Of a stretch of 64,000 bases of DNA, positions 37,121 to 46,700 are shown in pieces. The stretch comes from a virus. The DNA is taken from positions 1 through 64,000 of IMG/VR virus record IMGVR_UViG_3300044627_003499. One strand, 5' to 3'. A program made the position numbers and the translations under genes. Each line of letters opens with the position of its first letter. Position 1 is the first letter of the stretch. The notes beneath the pieces are model-generated. The model did not search any database. It was not told where the DNA came from and worked only from the letters and a program-made list of their open reading frames with translations.

Positions 37121-37564
37121 ATGAAAAGGATTAATCCGGATACGGGGCAGGCCTTTAAGCACGGGGATCGCCGAGAAGACGGCTTTATGTTCACTGGTTA
37201 CAATTTTAAAAAAATAAAACAAGACGGCACTTTCCTGGAAGTATGGACAAGCCCTGAGCAAATAAACCACAAGAAAGCGTATGACAAAAAAAGAAGCCAA
37301 CGCATTTCCATAGAAAACAGAAATTGGATGAACGAGTTAAAGGTGAGCCAAGGTTGCGCCTGCTGCGGATACAAAGATCACCCAGAAGGCCTTGACTTTG
37401 ATCATCTTTATGATAAAAAATTTAACATCGGCAGGGGCGGCACGTTAAGCAAAAAAAGACTGGAGAAAGAAATTCAAAAATGCCAAGTTCTTTGTGGAAC
37501 TTGTCATCACATAAAGACAAGAAATGAGCAAAAATTTAATGAACTAATGAAAAAGAGGGGTTGA
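37121..37564 (+). CDS. HNH homing endonuclease (cassette in HhH gene 3' end)
   Basis: GCACCGY...LDFDHL...EIQKCQVLCGTCHHIKT; AT-rich; paralogue of 43954. Confidence 0.88.
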   Translation: MKRINPDTGQAFKHGDRREDGFMFTGYNFKKIKQDGTFLEVWTSPEQINHKKAYDKKRSQRISIENRNWMNELKVSQGCACCGYKDHPEGLDFDHLYDKKFNIGRGGTLSKKRLEKEIQKCQVLCGTCHHIKTRNEQKFNELMKKRG

Positions 37565-37578
37565 AACCCCTCTTGTTT
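37551..37578. terminator. Bidirectional terminator between convergent genes
   Basis: AAGAGGGG-TTGAAA-CCCCTCTT flanked by A- and T-rich runs. Confidence 0.7.
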
Positions 37579-37594
37579 GAGTTATGCATTTAAA

Positions 37595-38005
37595 TTAAAC
37601 CCTAATCAAATCGGCCGCCAGGACCGCATTCCAATCAACACGCTTGATTTGCTTCAGCTGTTCAAGATTATTGAATCTTTCACCCGACAGAGACATCTGA
37701 AGGTCTTTAATCTCACGTGCTGTTTTAAGACCAATTCCCTTAATGTGATCCGCAAGCATTTGTGCGGTAGCGGAATTGACATTTAAACGGTGATCTGGGG
37801 GAAAATCCCGTGGGTCCTCTTTGGCTGCTTTATCTTTGACTTGAAGAGTTTTTACCTTTTTGGTAGCTTCTTCATCTGGGATAAGTTCAGAGTTGTAAGC
37901 GGTGTAAAGGCGACCGTCCTGATCTTCGACCATGAACCAATCGCCATTATCAAACTCACTAACAACTTTGACGCGAGCGCCAGTTTTTTTGTGCTGGTAA
38001 AGCAT
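37595..38005 (-). CDS. Helix-hairpin-helix (ComEA-like) DNA-binding protein
   Basis: LNVNSATAQML...IKGIGLKTAREI...F..LEQLKQIKRV. Confidence 0.75.
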   Translation of the reverse strand: MLYQHKKTGARVKVVSEFDNGDWFMVEDQDGRLYTAYNSELIPDEEATKKVKTLQVKDKAAKEDPRDFPPDHRLNVNSATAQMLADHIKGIGLKTAREIKDLQMSLSGERFNNLEQLKQIKRVDWNAVLAADLIRV

Positions 38006-38043
38006 GAGGACCAGATGTTAATTCTGGTCCTAGTTTAGCTTAT

Positions 38044-38853
38044 TCAGCTGACAGTGCGGCCAAGCAGGTAAGCTTCGATGTCTTCGTAGCCAGGGGCAAT
38101 GTCAGGCTGGACGTAGCAGGTTTCCACAACCAGGTAACCAACACGACCGGCGGCGGCGTCACCGCTGGAGATGTAGAAACCACCGGAAGTTGTGGTGGAG
38201 TTTGCAGTTTCCTTAGCAAACACACGCAACGTGGTCGAGGCAGTAACCGGGTAGTTGACCACAGAACCAGAGACACCAGCGGCGCCAGTAGCGGTCAGGA
38301 CGGCGTTGGTACCATAACCGGCAGTGCCGCCAGCGAAGTAAATTTCGCCAGCTTGGAGACCGGAAACAGTGGAAGTCATGTTGGCTTGAATCACGCCTTC
38401 ACCAACGCCAGAAGCGGCGACAGGTGCACCACCGTTGCTACGACCGAACGAAATGACGTTACCGGTAGCGGCATACACACCAGAGGCAACACGGCCATCA
38501 CCCCAACCAGAGGCAACCGAAATTGCGGTGCGGTACACGTAAGCAGGCAGTGTGCTGCTACCAGAGATCACCATACCCGTGATGTCGGGACGAGTGTCAT
38601 CCTGACGATAGGGCGACGGAACGATCACAGCAGCGGAGTTGACGCTACCAGCACCAGAGGTGGTTGTCACTGCGACATAACCACGCTGCTGGAAATAACG
38701 GTAACCAGGCAGAGCAAGGACCGAGGTGGGGCCACCAAGGGAGCTGTCGAGAGCAGTACCGGCTTCGACAATAGAGTCGATGTTCTTGTACCAGCCGTTC
38801 AGGGGTTCTGCCCAGTTGCCTGGGAAGATTTTTTTAGCGGACAAATAGGTCAT
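38044..38853 (-). CDS. Putative capsid decoration/minor structural protein
   Basis: Directly follows the major capsid gene; Ser/Gly/Ala/Thr-rich; strong codon bias. Confidence 0.55.
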   Translation of the reverse strand: MTYLSAKKIFPGNWAEPLNGWYKNIDSIVEAGTALDSSLGGPTSVLALPGYRYFQQRGYVAVTTTSGAGSVNSAAVIVPSPYRQDDTRPDITGMVISGSSTLPAYVYRTAISVASGWGDGRVASGVYAATGNVISFGRSNGGAPVAASGVGEGVIQANMTSTVSGLQAGEIYFAGGTAGYGTNAVLTATGAAGVSGSVVNYPVTASTTLRVFAKETANSTTTSGGFYISSGDAAAGRVGYLVVETCYVQPDIAPGYEDIEAYLLGRTVS

Positions 38854-38888
38854 TTATTTTTCCTTTTGTTAGTTGTTTACGTTATTGA

Positions 38889-40052
38889 TCAGATGTTACC
38901 GTCATCTTGCACGAAGCTGAACGCGGTGGTCACGAAGTCCTTGTTCAGGATTTCAAAACCGGCGTACAGTTGCCAAATAAGAATGATGAAACGGCTGAAA
39001 TCGTCGTTGTTGTTGATCAGAACTTGAGCGTTCGGACCACCGATGCCAACACCAATCGCTTGAGGACCGAAGAAGTAACCTTGAGCGGCTTCTTTCACGG
39101 CATAGGTAGAACCACCGTCAAAGGAAGTGCTGATGCTCTTGATCGGGAAGTTGGTGGATTCGAAGAACTTAACGCCTTCAAACTGCACACCAGTAGGCAT
39201 GACAGGTTCGCCAGCCAGGAAGTAGGCTTGACCAGCCTGGGGGCCTTGGTAGAAGCTAGCGTTGTTAGGCAGCATGGGGTTACCCATGTACATGCCTTGA
39301 CCAGGATTACCAGCGTAACGGGCGATCTCACGGAAGTCAGGGTCACGACGCAGGTGCATCATGAACGTGGGATCGCAAATACAACGATACAGACCATCGG
39401 CATAGGTCGGAACGTTGCGCTTGCGCAGGTCCTTAACAACGGTCAGCAGATCGGTACGCACCTGGAACTGCTGCAGGTCAGCGGTGTATTCAGTACCAGT
39501 GTAGGAAATACGACCGGAAGCATCCTTGACCTTGTTACCAGCGAAGTAGTAACCGCCTTGAGTTGTGGAAGCAAGACCGTTGGCTTCAGCTTTGGACAGT
39601 TCATCAATGAACACGCGGTCACGCCAGCGGCGATAGTCGTCAAGCAGCGTCAGGCTACCGATCGACTGGTGGAACATATTCAGGTTGCCGGTATCCAGCA
39701 GCATGCGCTGAGCGGTAACCAGAGTTTCGCGAGCAATCTTGAATGTGCTGGGCTGAGTCGGGTCGCCCGGATCCGCAGGACCGGTGTACTCCTTAAGCAC
39801 CACCAGAACTTTCTCTTTGGTGATGTTACGGCTGTTAGCGGTACCGATCGTTTGGTCAGCAATACGCTCACGGCTATCCTTAGTACCAGGGGTACCCCAG
39901 AACTTGTAGCGGTCTAACTGAACGGTTTGACCAGGCTGACGTGTGAAGTCGTGGACAACCACGGGCTCCACAGCCATCTCAGCGATGTACGCAGGGTGAG
40001 GACGATAAAGTTCCGCACCTAAAATCTTTGGAAAGTCGTTATCAATAAACAC
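38889..40052 (-). CDS. Major capsid protein
   Basis: 387 aa; F..QPGQTVQ, V.LKEY.G, VGIG...DDFSR...LIW..YAGF; highly biased codons; follows the scaffold-like gene. Confidence 0.8.
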   Translation of the reverse strand: MFIDNDFPKILGAELYRPHPAYIAEMAVEPVVVHDFTRQPGQTVQLDRYKFWGTPGTKDSRERIADQTIGTANSRNITKEKVLVVLKEYTGPADPGDPTQPSTFKIARETLVTAQRMLLDTGNLNMFHQSIGSLTLLDDYRRWRDRVFIDELSKAEANGLASTTQGGYYFAGNKVKDASGRISYTGTEYTADLQQFQVRTDLLTVVKDLRKRNVPTYADGLYRCICDPTFMMHLRRDPDFREIARYAGNPGQGMYMGNPMLPNNASFYQGPQAGQAYFLAGEPVMPTGVQFEGVKFFESTNFPIKSISTSFDGGSTYAVKEAAQGYFFGPQAIGVGIGGPNAQVLINNNDDFSRFIILIWQLYAGFEILNKDFVTTAFSFVQDDGNI

Positions 40053-40171
40053 TTTGTTTTATCCTCCAGTGTCGCAGGAAGTGTGTTGTCAGGTGAAAGA
40101 TTCAGACATGATTATGTCTTATCTAACACAAATTTTAGCAGCCGATAATTTATTTAATTACCGGCATTAAA

Positions 40172-41158
40172 TCATTCCATTACAAATAATTTGTTTGCAA
40201 CGGTCTGAGGCTGAGCTTGGTTCAGGACGCGCCAGGCATTCTGAGGATCGCGATTCATCATCTCGCCAAAAGTGCCCCAGAAATTCTCAGGTGCTTGCGG
40301 AGCAGCAGCTGTCGGGGGAGCAGGGAAGTTGCCAGCTTGGAACTGACCAATCGACTGAGTCGGATAACCGCGTGTCTCAAGTTCCTGCTCGTTTTCGTAC
40401 ACAGGGTACGGACCTTCAGGACCAAAGAACTTAAGCGTGTAATCGCTCAGGACATCGGGATTGGTAAGGATCTCGTTGTAGGCAAGATTCTCTTGGTGCT
40501 CGTTAACAGCGAAATTAGCGTAACCCTTGATGGTATCAGCTGCGCGGTTTCCCCACGCGACGGCGCTGTCCAGCATTTGCTCCAGGTTTAGAGCGTAGTT
40601 GTTCAGCACTGCCGGAGCTTCGATCCCGAACGCGTCCATCACGTACCGACTGTCCTGGCTCATTCCCAGGAGGTCCGCCATTTGAATTGCCGCCTCCTGC
40701 AAGGATTGATTGGAGGAGGTTGGGGAATAGCTGGGCGAGTATGCCTGGTTGGGAGACCAAGTCTGCGGAGCCGATTGTTGCGTAGCTTGGCTGCTGTACT
40801 GTCCGTAATTGGCCGGGGTATACGCCGTCGTCGGCGGCGATGGTTGACCCTGGAACGGGGATTGGACTGGTGCGCTCAGCAGATTCACCACCTTGTTGAA
40901 CGCCGATTCCCAGGGATTCCCCGCCGAGTCCACCGCCGGTTGGGATTGGGGGGCGTACTGAGTAGGGCTGGATTGGTAGCTGGGGGCTGCCTGAGGTACC
41001 GCTTGGGGGTAACTGGTACCCACCTGATACGCCACCGGAGCCGGAGCCTGGTAACTGGCCGGAGCTGCTTGCGGTGCTGCCACCACGTAGCTGCTCGGCG
41101 CGACGGCCGCTGGTGCTTGGCTCGTCTGTGGGATCGATTGGACGGTAGCGTCCTGCAT
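40172..41158 (-). CDS. Putative capsid scaffolding protein
   Basis: Pro/Gln/Ala-rich low-complexity ORF between portal and capsid. Confidence 0.6.
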   Translation of the reverse strand: MQDATVQSIPQTSQAPAAVAPSSYVVAAPQAAPASYQAPAPVAYQVGTSYPQAVPQAAPSYQSSPTQYAPQSQPAVDSAGNPWESAFNKVVNLLSAPVQSPFQGQPSPPTTAYTPANYGQYSSQATQQSAPQTWSPNQAYSPSYSPTSSNQSLQEAAIQMADLLGMSQDSRYVMDAFGIEAPAVLNNYALNLEQMLDSAVAWGNRAADTIKGYANFAVNEHQENLAYNEILTNPDVLSDYTLKFFGPEGPYPVYENEQELETRGYPTQSIGQFQAGNFPAPPTAAAPQAPENFWGTFGEMMNRDPQNAWRVLNQAQPQTVANKLFVME

Positions 41159-42908
41159 AACTCATCTCCTTTTGTAAAGCTTCTAAAGTGCGATATAGAT
41201 AGGGTGTTAAATCTAATCGCGGGTCCGCAGCCATCGGTAAGTCCGGTGATTGCGGATGGGGAGTTTGCATCATTCCCCCCACAAGGCGAGCAAATTGAGA
41301 GTATGCACCCTGCAATTCATTCACCATTCTGAACGGAAACCCAGATAACATCTCGGCCCGTTCCTCATCCGTCTTGGACGGGAAGAGGTATTTCAGTGCC
41401 TCAATGCTATCAACACCTAACTCTTGTAAGTTGCGCACCACGATGGAGTTGTTCAGTATGTCTTGAGTGGAATCCTCATACACAGGGCCAAGCCAACGCC
41501 ACTGCATGGTCACATCGCCATCTGGAATTAAACCAGAAACACCGGGCGGGATCTGCTGCGTTTGAAGGCAAGCCATCATCAACTGCTTGACCTGATCATC
41601 AAATGCACTCATGGCATCGTTGTACGCTGCCAAGTCTTCCGCACTAGATTCCTCTGGAAGATCCAGGGGTTTTTCTAATCCTGCAGCAGCGGCAAGCGTT
41701 TCTTTGAACAGACGTTCTTCTTGGTAGATAATTAGCTCAAAACAACGGCAAATGCCGTAAGTGTAAATAGCAATTGCCTTTTTCTTGGACGTGGCAGAAA
41801 CACGACCAAACAATGACTTGTACTCAGTTGCAGTCACGCCTGCAGAAATTGACAGTTCGTCAACGCCGCCCAGGGCAGTGCGAATTTCTTCTCGGTACTG
41901 ACGTGCGAAAGAATTCTGGTCGCCAGTGATGGCATCAGGAACAATGTAACCAACACGGTCGTTTGGTTCCAGGTTTGCAATGACGCGTGGAACTCGGATC
42001 TGTCCGTCAACACCACGGTGAATGGGATCAGCCTTGAAGCGGGATTGACTCAGTCCACTGGGGCCACTAAACCCAGAGTTGGCTGCGATAGAAGGACGCT
42101 GGACAACGTTCTCGCCACCGGCCTCCATCAAGTCAGTCTTAGGCCTAGATGAAAGAAGCGTAGGGTTACCAAAGAACTGCACGTTCTTACGCATGGTGCG
42201 AACCATTTCATCATGCGTGCAGATGTGATTGGCTAACGCTTCAAATTCACCAACACCTTCAGTAGAGAAACCTTTGACGTTATGGAAAATTTCTACGCAA
42301 GGAATAAAGCCCAGCGTATTTATGAACGTTTTTGTTCTACCGAAATTTGCTTGGTAGTTGCTATCAAACGACAGCTCGCCTTCCGAGTGTGTTTCTTCAA
42401 TCGTTTTGCGTTTGATTGAAAGGCGAATGTAACGCTTTGCACCGCCCTGCCCCATGGTGGCCGGACCACTTAAACTTGCGGAATCGATGTCCTGCTGGTA
42501 ACCAAACCCGTTCTTGACCTTGTAGCTGTAGATGATTACAACTTCATCAAGCTCGCCATCAATGTTGTAATAGCTACGATATTCATGCTTACGAAAGTAG
42601 TAAAGACGATAGTTATTCTGAGTTGGACGAATGTAAAAAAGACCTTGTCCATCACAAAGTGAATAATCCCAGATCGAATCGAAGCGGATGTCGAGAGAGT
42701 TGTATTTAATTACACGATCAATAAAGTCTTTGCGCTGATTGCCAAAGTTATCCTGCACAGGAAAAAACTCGACACCCTGGCGGATGCCGAATAATTTCAT
42801 CTGCGCTAGGTGTGAAGCTACGACGCCAGTGTCAATCATTGACCCGCCGTCTTTTTCAAGATACGAGTCAATAATTTCCTTGAGTCTAGACTTAGCGTCG
42901 ACGGCCAT
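40536..42908 (-). CDS. Putative portal protein with long low-complexity C-terminal extension
   Basis: Position between terminase and capsid; N.LGFIPCVEI and WRWLGPVY motifs; 3' part overlaps the scaffold gene. Confidence 0.65.
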   Translation of the reverse strand: MAVDAKSRLKEIIDSYLEKDGGSMIDTGVVASHLAQMKLFGIRQGVEFFPVQDNFGNQRKDFIDRVIKYNSLDIRFDSIWDYSLCDGQGLFYIRPTQNNYRLYYFRKHEYRSYYNIDGELDEVVIIYSYKVKNGFGYQQDIDSASLSGPATMGQGGAKRYIRLSIKRKTIEETHSEGELSFDSNYQANFGRTKTFINTLGFIPCVEIFHNVKGFSTEGVGEFEALANHICTHDEMVRTMRKNVQFFGNPTLLSSRPKTDLMEAGGENVVQRPSIAANSGFSGPSGLSQSRFKADPIHRGVDGQIRVPRVIANLEPNDRVGYIVPDAITGDQNSFARQYREEIRTALGGVDELSISAGVTATEYKSLFGRVSATSKKKAIAIYTYGICRCFELIIYQEERLFKETLAAAAGLEKPLDLPEESSAEDLAAYNDAMSAFDDQVKQLMMACLQTQQIPPGVSGLIPDGDVTMQWRWLGPVYEDSTQDILNNSIVVRNLQELGVDSIEALKYLFPSKTDEERAEMLSGFPFRMVNELQGAYSQFARLVGGMMQTPHPQSPDLPMAADPRLDLTPYLYRTLEALQKEMSYAGRYRPIDPTDEPSTSGRRAEQLRGGSTASSSGQLPGSGSGGVSGGYQLPPSGTSGSPQLPIQPYSVRPPIPTGGGLGGESLGIGVQQGGESAERTSPIPVPGSTIAADDGVYPGQLRTVQQPSYATIGSADLVSQPGILAQLFPNLLQSILAGGGNSNGGPPGNEPGQSVRDGRVRDRSSGSAEQLRSKPGANAGQRRRVGKPRS

Positions 42909-43063
42909 TAACTATTTTCCTTTTTCTTTGACTCAATCTTAGCAGCTTTTGCCTGCTTCTTAAGGTCTAACCATTTGCCAAAATACACCAGTTCGGCAGA
43001 GGAATAAAGCTCTGGATGATGCAGCGCTTGCTTTACAAGTTTTTTAGTTTTCATAGCGTTTCC

Positions 43064-43387
43064 TCACGAAACAAATTTGGAATTAAACCCAGCTTGGCCG
43101 AGCTGATAAGCGTCGACCATCCCCTGGATATTACCGATAGCGCCAGGTAAATTGCTGGAACCAAACGCCATAGGGAGCTGAGGGCCAGCTCCGGGCTTGA
43201 TGCCGCGTCTCATTAGCTCGTCGTTGAGTTGTTGATTTTGTTGTGTACCGCCTTCATATAAACGACGCAGTTGTTCACCCGACCTACCACCCAACGCACC
43301 TGGTGTACGCCTAATATCAAAACTTGGGTTACCAGCAAGTAAATTACCGGGGGCCCCAGGGACGTTAGATTCTCCGCCGTAATACAT
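43064..43387 (-). CDS. Hypothetical Gly-rich protein
   Basis: 107 aa ORF. Confidence 0.5.
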   Translation of the reverse strand: MYYGGESNVPGAPGNLLAGNPSFDIRRTPGALGGRSGEQLRRLYEGGTQQNQQLNDELMRRGIKPGAGPQLPMAFGSSNLPGAIGNIQGMVDAYQLGQAGFNSKFVS

Positions 43388-43411
43388 GTGACTATCTGGT
43401 TTTCCCTTATT

Positions 43412-43594
43412 CTAGTCCTCTAAAACTTCGTAACCTGAAGCGTCATTTACCTTGGAAATTACGATACCTTCGCCGCGTACATCCCAATTTAAAACATCGC
43501 CTTCTTGCCAACCCAACTCTTCGATCACTTCGTCGGGCAAAATAATGTATTGATCTCCGTTTTCGTCCTCTTGTACTTCAAGAATGTAGCTCAT
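43412..43594 (-). CDS. AbrB/MazE-like protein
   Basis: GDQYIILPDEVIEELGWQEGDVL. Confidence 0.7.
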   Translation of the reverse strand: MSYILEVQEDENGDQYIILPDEVIEELGWQEGDVLNWDVRGEGIVISKVNDASGYEVLED

Positions 43595-43863
43595 TTGGTC
43601 AAAAGCTTTTCCATCAGTTTATCAAGCTTATTATTGATCTCGCGAAAATTGTTGTGCATTTCTTGAATTTCCCTTAAGAAGTCCACCTTGAGCACGTAGT
43701 CCAGTGGCATGCGGTTGACCTGGTCTTCCAAGAGGTCCACCCTTCGGTTTTGTGAATTAATTCTTTCGCCCAGGCGACTCATAAGCTTACTCATTACCCA
43801 GGAGCCACCTGTCGCAGCTGAGATCACTGCCGTAAGAGCAATAGCTAAATACTCTGGTCCCAC
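43591..43863 (-). CDS. Membrane-anchored coiled-coil protein
   Basis: N-terminal hydrophobic helix; YV.K.DF; KLDKLME. Confidence 0.55.
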   Translation of the reverse strand: MGPEYLAIALTAVISAATGGSWVMSKLMSRLGERINSQNRRVDLLEDQVNRMPLDYVLKVDFLREIQEMHNNFREINNKLDKLMEKLLTK

Positions 43864-43892
43864 GAATCCAAGGTTTTTTAATATTCTAAGAG

Positions 43893-43952
43893 TCAGTAAT
43901 CGAGGTGAAGCTGTCCTTTTCTTGCTAATCCGGTAACGAGCCAGACGAGAGC
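43893..43952 (-). pseudogene. Displaced original 3' end of terminase (ALVWLVTGLARKGQLHLDY*)
   Basis: 19/19 aa identical to the terminase C-terminus at 44412-44471, with 15 codons different. Confidence 0.95.
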
Positions 43953-43953
43953 G

Positions 43954-44409
43954 TTAAAGATTGTGTTTAATACAGAGCTTATTGAAAGCTTCTATATCAT
44001 GCGTTTTGATGCGATGACAGTTGGCGCATAAAACTTGGCATTTTAAAATTTCTTCTTTTATTGTTTCAATGTTTCTAGACGACATTCTTGAAACACCTTC
44101 AACTTTAGAGCTTGGATCAAGATGATCAAAGTCGAGGGCATAAGCACTTTCTTTGTAACCACAGCAAGCGCAACCTTGTTTTAGTTTTTCTTCATGAATA
44201 ATTTTTATGTTTTTGCTATGGTTTTCTCTTACACTTTTTTTGTAGTATTCTTTGCGCTTTTCCCATGACTCTGGGGACAGCCAATTCATTTGATATGTAC
44301 CATCTTTATTTATGCGTGATTTTCTTCTATAGGCAAGAAATATCCGGCCATCTGGACCAACTTCGCCATACTTCCAAGGCTCGCCTGTTTCTGGGTTTGT
44401 TCGTTCCAT
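43954..44409 (-). CDS. HNH homing endonuclease (cassette in terminase 3' end)
   Basis: GCACCGY...LDFDHL...EILKCQVLCANCHRIKT; AT-rich. Confidence 0.88.
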   Translation of the reverse strand: MERTNPETGEPWKYGEVGPDGRIFLAYRRKSRINKDGTYQMNWLSPESWEKRKEYYKKSVRENHSKNIKIIHEEKLKQGCACCGYKESAYALDFDHLDPSSKVEGVSRMSSRNIETIKEEILKCQVLCANCHRIKTHDIEAFNKLCIKHNL

Positions 44410-44411
44410 TT

Positions 44412-45941
44412 TCAATAATCAAGATGTAACTGACCTTTTCGGGCAAGGCCTGTTACTAACCATACTAATGCATCAATACAATCGTCGTGACTACTTACGC
44501 CAAAGTTGGTAAGCTCTTCAAACATATTGGTGAAGTTACGAAAACGATTGAAGATGATCTTGCGGTCCTCAAACATTCCCATAATGCCACGGAAACGAGC
44601 CAACTTATCTGCCCTGAAACCTTTGACGGGATGCCAAATTAAATTGTAGAGGCCTTCATTGTTCAAGCAAACACGCTTGAAGTCTGCCTCCAGAGAAGCC
44701 TGATACTGTACGGCCTCACTCCAAATATCACACGTTGAATAGCTGGGGTAATACAAACCGCTTTGTTCGTCTTTGGCAATCACTGACCAATCATTCAACA
44801 ACTCCTTGAGGGCATCAAGTTTTTCAAGGTTACCCATGACGCGAATACGTCGGTAATCAATGATATGAATGCGGTCGCCAATGCGACCACCGAGAATCAT
44901 AACTGTGTAATCGTTTTTCTCTTTAGTGCCAGCGGAGAGGTCAACCCCAACCCCAAGGGCGTCAAACTCCGTTGCAATTTCCGCTTTTACAATTAACTCC
45001 GGAGCCAGCGAAAGTTCGTTCTGCCGGATGACTTGATTCATGTACTGGAACGAGAAAGCAATTGGTGCCTGCCGTTTTTTCTCCTTCAGGTAATCCAATG
45101 ACCACATGTCTGGCCAATACGATTCCTCTTCGCCGGAAATGGGATTGTTTTGAATTGCTGAAAGGATAATCTGTTGCCAGTTGTTTTGTTCATTAAATGT
45201 TGTGGAGTGAATGTCATCGTGTCTGAAGCGAGTACCAAGGCAGATTGCTCGTGCACCTTCAAACATGGTGGGTGCAATCACAGCATTCCAGTTGTCCTGC
45301 ATCTGTTTCCTGATGTCAGGGTTGGCAATATCTGCGGCTGACTTGATGGCGTCATCAATCATGACCAAGTGCGAACGCTTGGAAGTCACCGAACCCTTGA
45401 GGCCTGCTGCGCAAAGCGTAAACTGTTCGTCGCCTGTTACGTCAATGCCAGCAAACTTGTGATCAATTGACCAGTACTCATTACTGGTGGCGTTCTTCAG
45501 AAGGCGAACTTTAGGGAAAACTTCTTGGTATCGTTTGCTTTCAATGATGCGTTTAATGGTGGAAGATTTGGAACGAGCGATGTCAACGGTGTAGGACAGA
45601 TACAGAATCTGCAGTGGCAACCCTGCGTGCGTATGGATGCCAATGGCCCACGCCGTAAGCAGACCCAACACTGTGGACTTGGCAGAACCCCTGGGCGCCA
45701 GGAGATCCACATTGGGACCAGCGATCTTAATGAGGCAACTGCTGTCCTCCTCTGTGACGAAGTGTCGATGCCAGTTGAGGTGATGAGCAGCCGGTGGTTT
45801 ATCTGCTACGTATTCACAGAAGAAGCCAAAATCTTCCTGGGCTTTCTTCAGTGCTTCTGCGTTACGTGGCTTGCGTATTTGCTGTCTGCGTGCGGCGGCT
45901 TGAGCATTGCGGCGGTAAGCAAGATGCGTATAGCTTGGCAC
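44412..45941 (-). CDS. terL: Terminase large subunit
   Basis: Walker A APRGSAKST, Walker B VMIDD, GTRF..DD, FSFQYMN, GVD.S, DYT, K..R, HDDCIDAL. Confidence 0.92.
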   Translation of the reverse strand: MPSYTHLAYRRNAQAAARRQQIRKPRNAEALKKAQEDFGFFCEYVADKPPAAHHLNWHRHFVTEEDSSCLIKIAGPNVDLLAPRGSAKSTVLGLLTAWAIGIHTHAGLPLQILYLSYTVDIARSKSSTIKRIIESKRYQEVFPKVRLLKNATSNEYWSIDHKFAGIDVTGDEQFTLCAAGLKGSVTSKRSHLVMIDDAIKSAADIANPDIRKQMQDNWNAVIAPTMFEGARAICLGTRFRHDDIHSTTFNEQNNWQQIILSAIQNNPISGEEESYWPDMWSLDYLKEKKRQAPIAFSFQYMNQVIRQNELSLAPELIVKAEIATEFDALGVGVDLSAGTKEKNDYTVMILGGRIGDRIHIIDYRRIRVMGNLEKLDALKELLNDWSVIAKDEQSGLYYPSYSTCDIWSEAVQYQASLEADFKRVCLNNEGLYNLIWHPVKGFRADKLARFRGIMGMFEDRKIIFNRFRNFTNMFEELTNFGVSSHDDCIDALVWLVTGLARKGQLHLDY

Positions 45942-45973
45942 AGCAGTAATTCAGAGTATTACTGAATACTACC

Positions 45974-46138
45974 TTACTTTTTGTCTTCTTGTTTTTTGGC
46001 CTTTTGCTTTTGATACTTACGTGCTTTTTCTAAAGCGGCCTTACGCTTTTCCTTGTCCGACATCTCAGTGCCGTCTTCTTTCTTTGCATCTTTTTTCTTA
46101 AGGTGCGCAAGAAACTGCGGAGGAACTTTACCAGCCAT
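45974..46138 (-). CDS. Small Lys-rich protein
   Basis: MAGKVPPQFLAHLKKK...QEDKK (54 aa), manual translation. Confidence 0.55.
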   Translation of the reverse strand: MAGKVPPQFLAHLKKKDAKKEDGTEMSDKEKRKAALEKARKYQKQKAKKQEDKK

Positions 46139-46192
46139 TTAAATCAGTTATCTGTTAACAATGTTGTATTGCACTTTAATATTTTAAGGCAG

Positions 46193-46700
46193 TTATTCGT
46201 CAAGTTGCATTTTTGCCCACACACTCATGGTCGCTTCTTCCAGGGGGATCTCGATGGGATCATCCTTGAAGACGGATAGGAGTTCACGAATGGCACGATC
46301 GGCACCAGCCATTAACAGACCTTTGCGATCTTTCATGCCAGTGAATCGGTCAATTTGTTCGATGTGACCACGGATTTCTTTTTGCATTGACGCAATGCGG
46401 GCAACGCCTGCATCACGTTTAACATTGCCGTTCTCAACATCTTCACGGAGTTTGCGAACATCCTCCTGCATCTCGTCAATTTCATACAGAAGTTTTTGAC
46501 GATGATCGGCCTTAGGGTAATTGTTTTGGACCCAAAGCTCACACGCAGTAATGCTACCTGTATACCGTAGGAACCGGGCATACAAGTAGACTTCGACTAC
46601 GGAATAGTTGTTGCTAGCAAAAGAGCAAAATGTTTCCTGAGTTGACGCATCGAGATTGTCAACCCAGGAATCAAATAACTCAATATCGATAAGCTCGTTG
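46193..46700 (-). CDS. Hypothetical helical protein (terminase small subunit candidate); start uncertain
   Basis: Coiled-coil ORF close upstream of terL. Confidence 0.4.

Noticed and set aside
38907-39917. 336-aa plus-strand ORF
   Set aside because: Antisense shadow of the codon-biased major capsid gene
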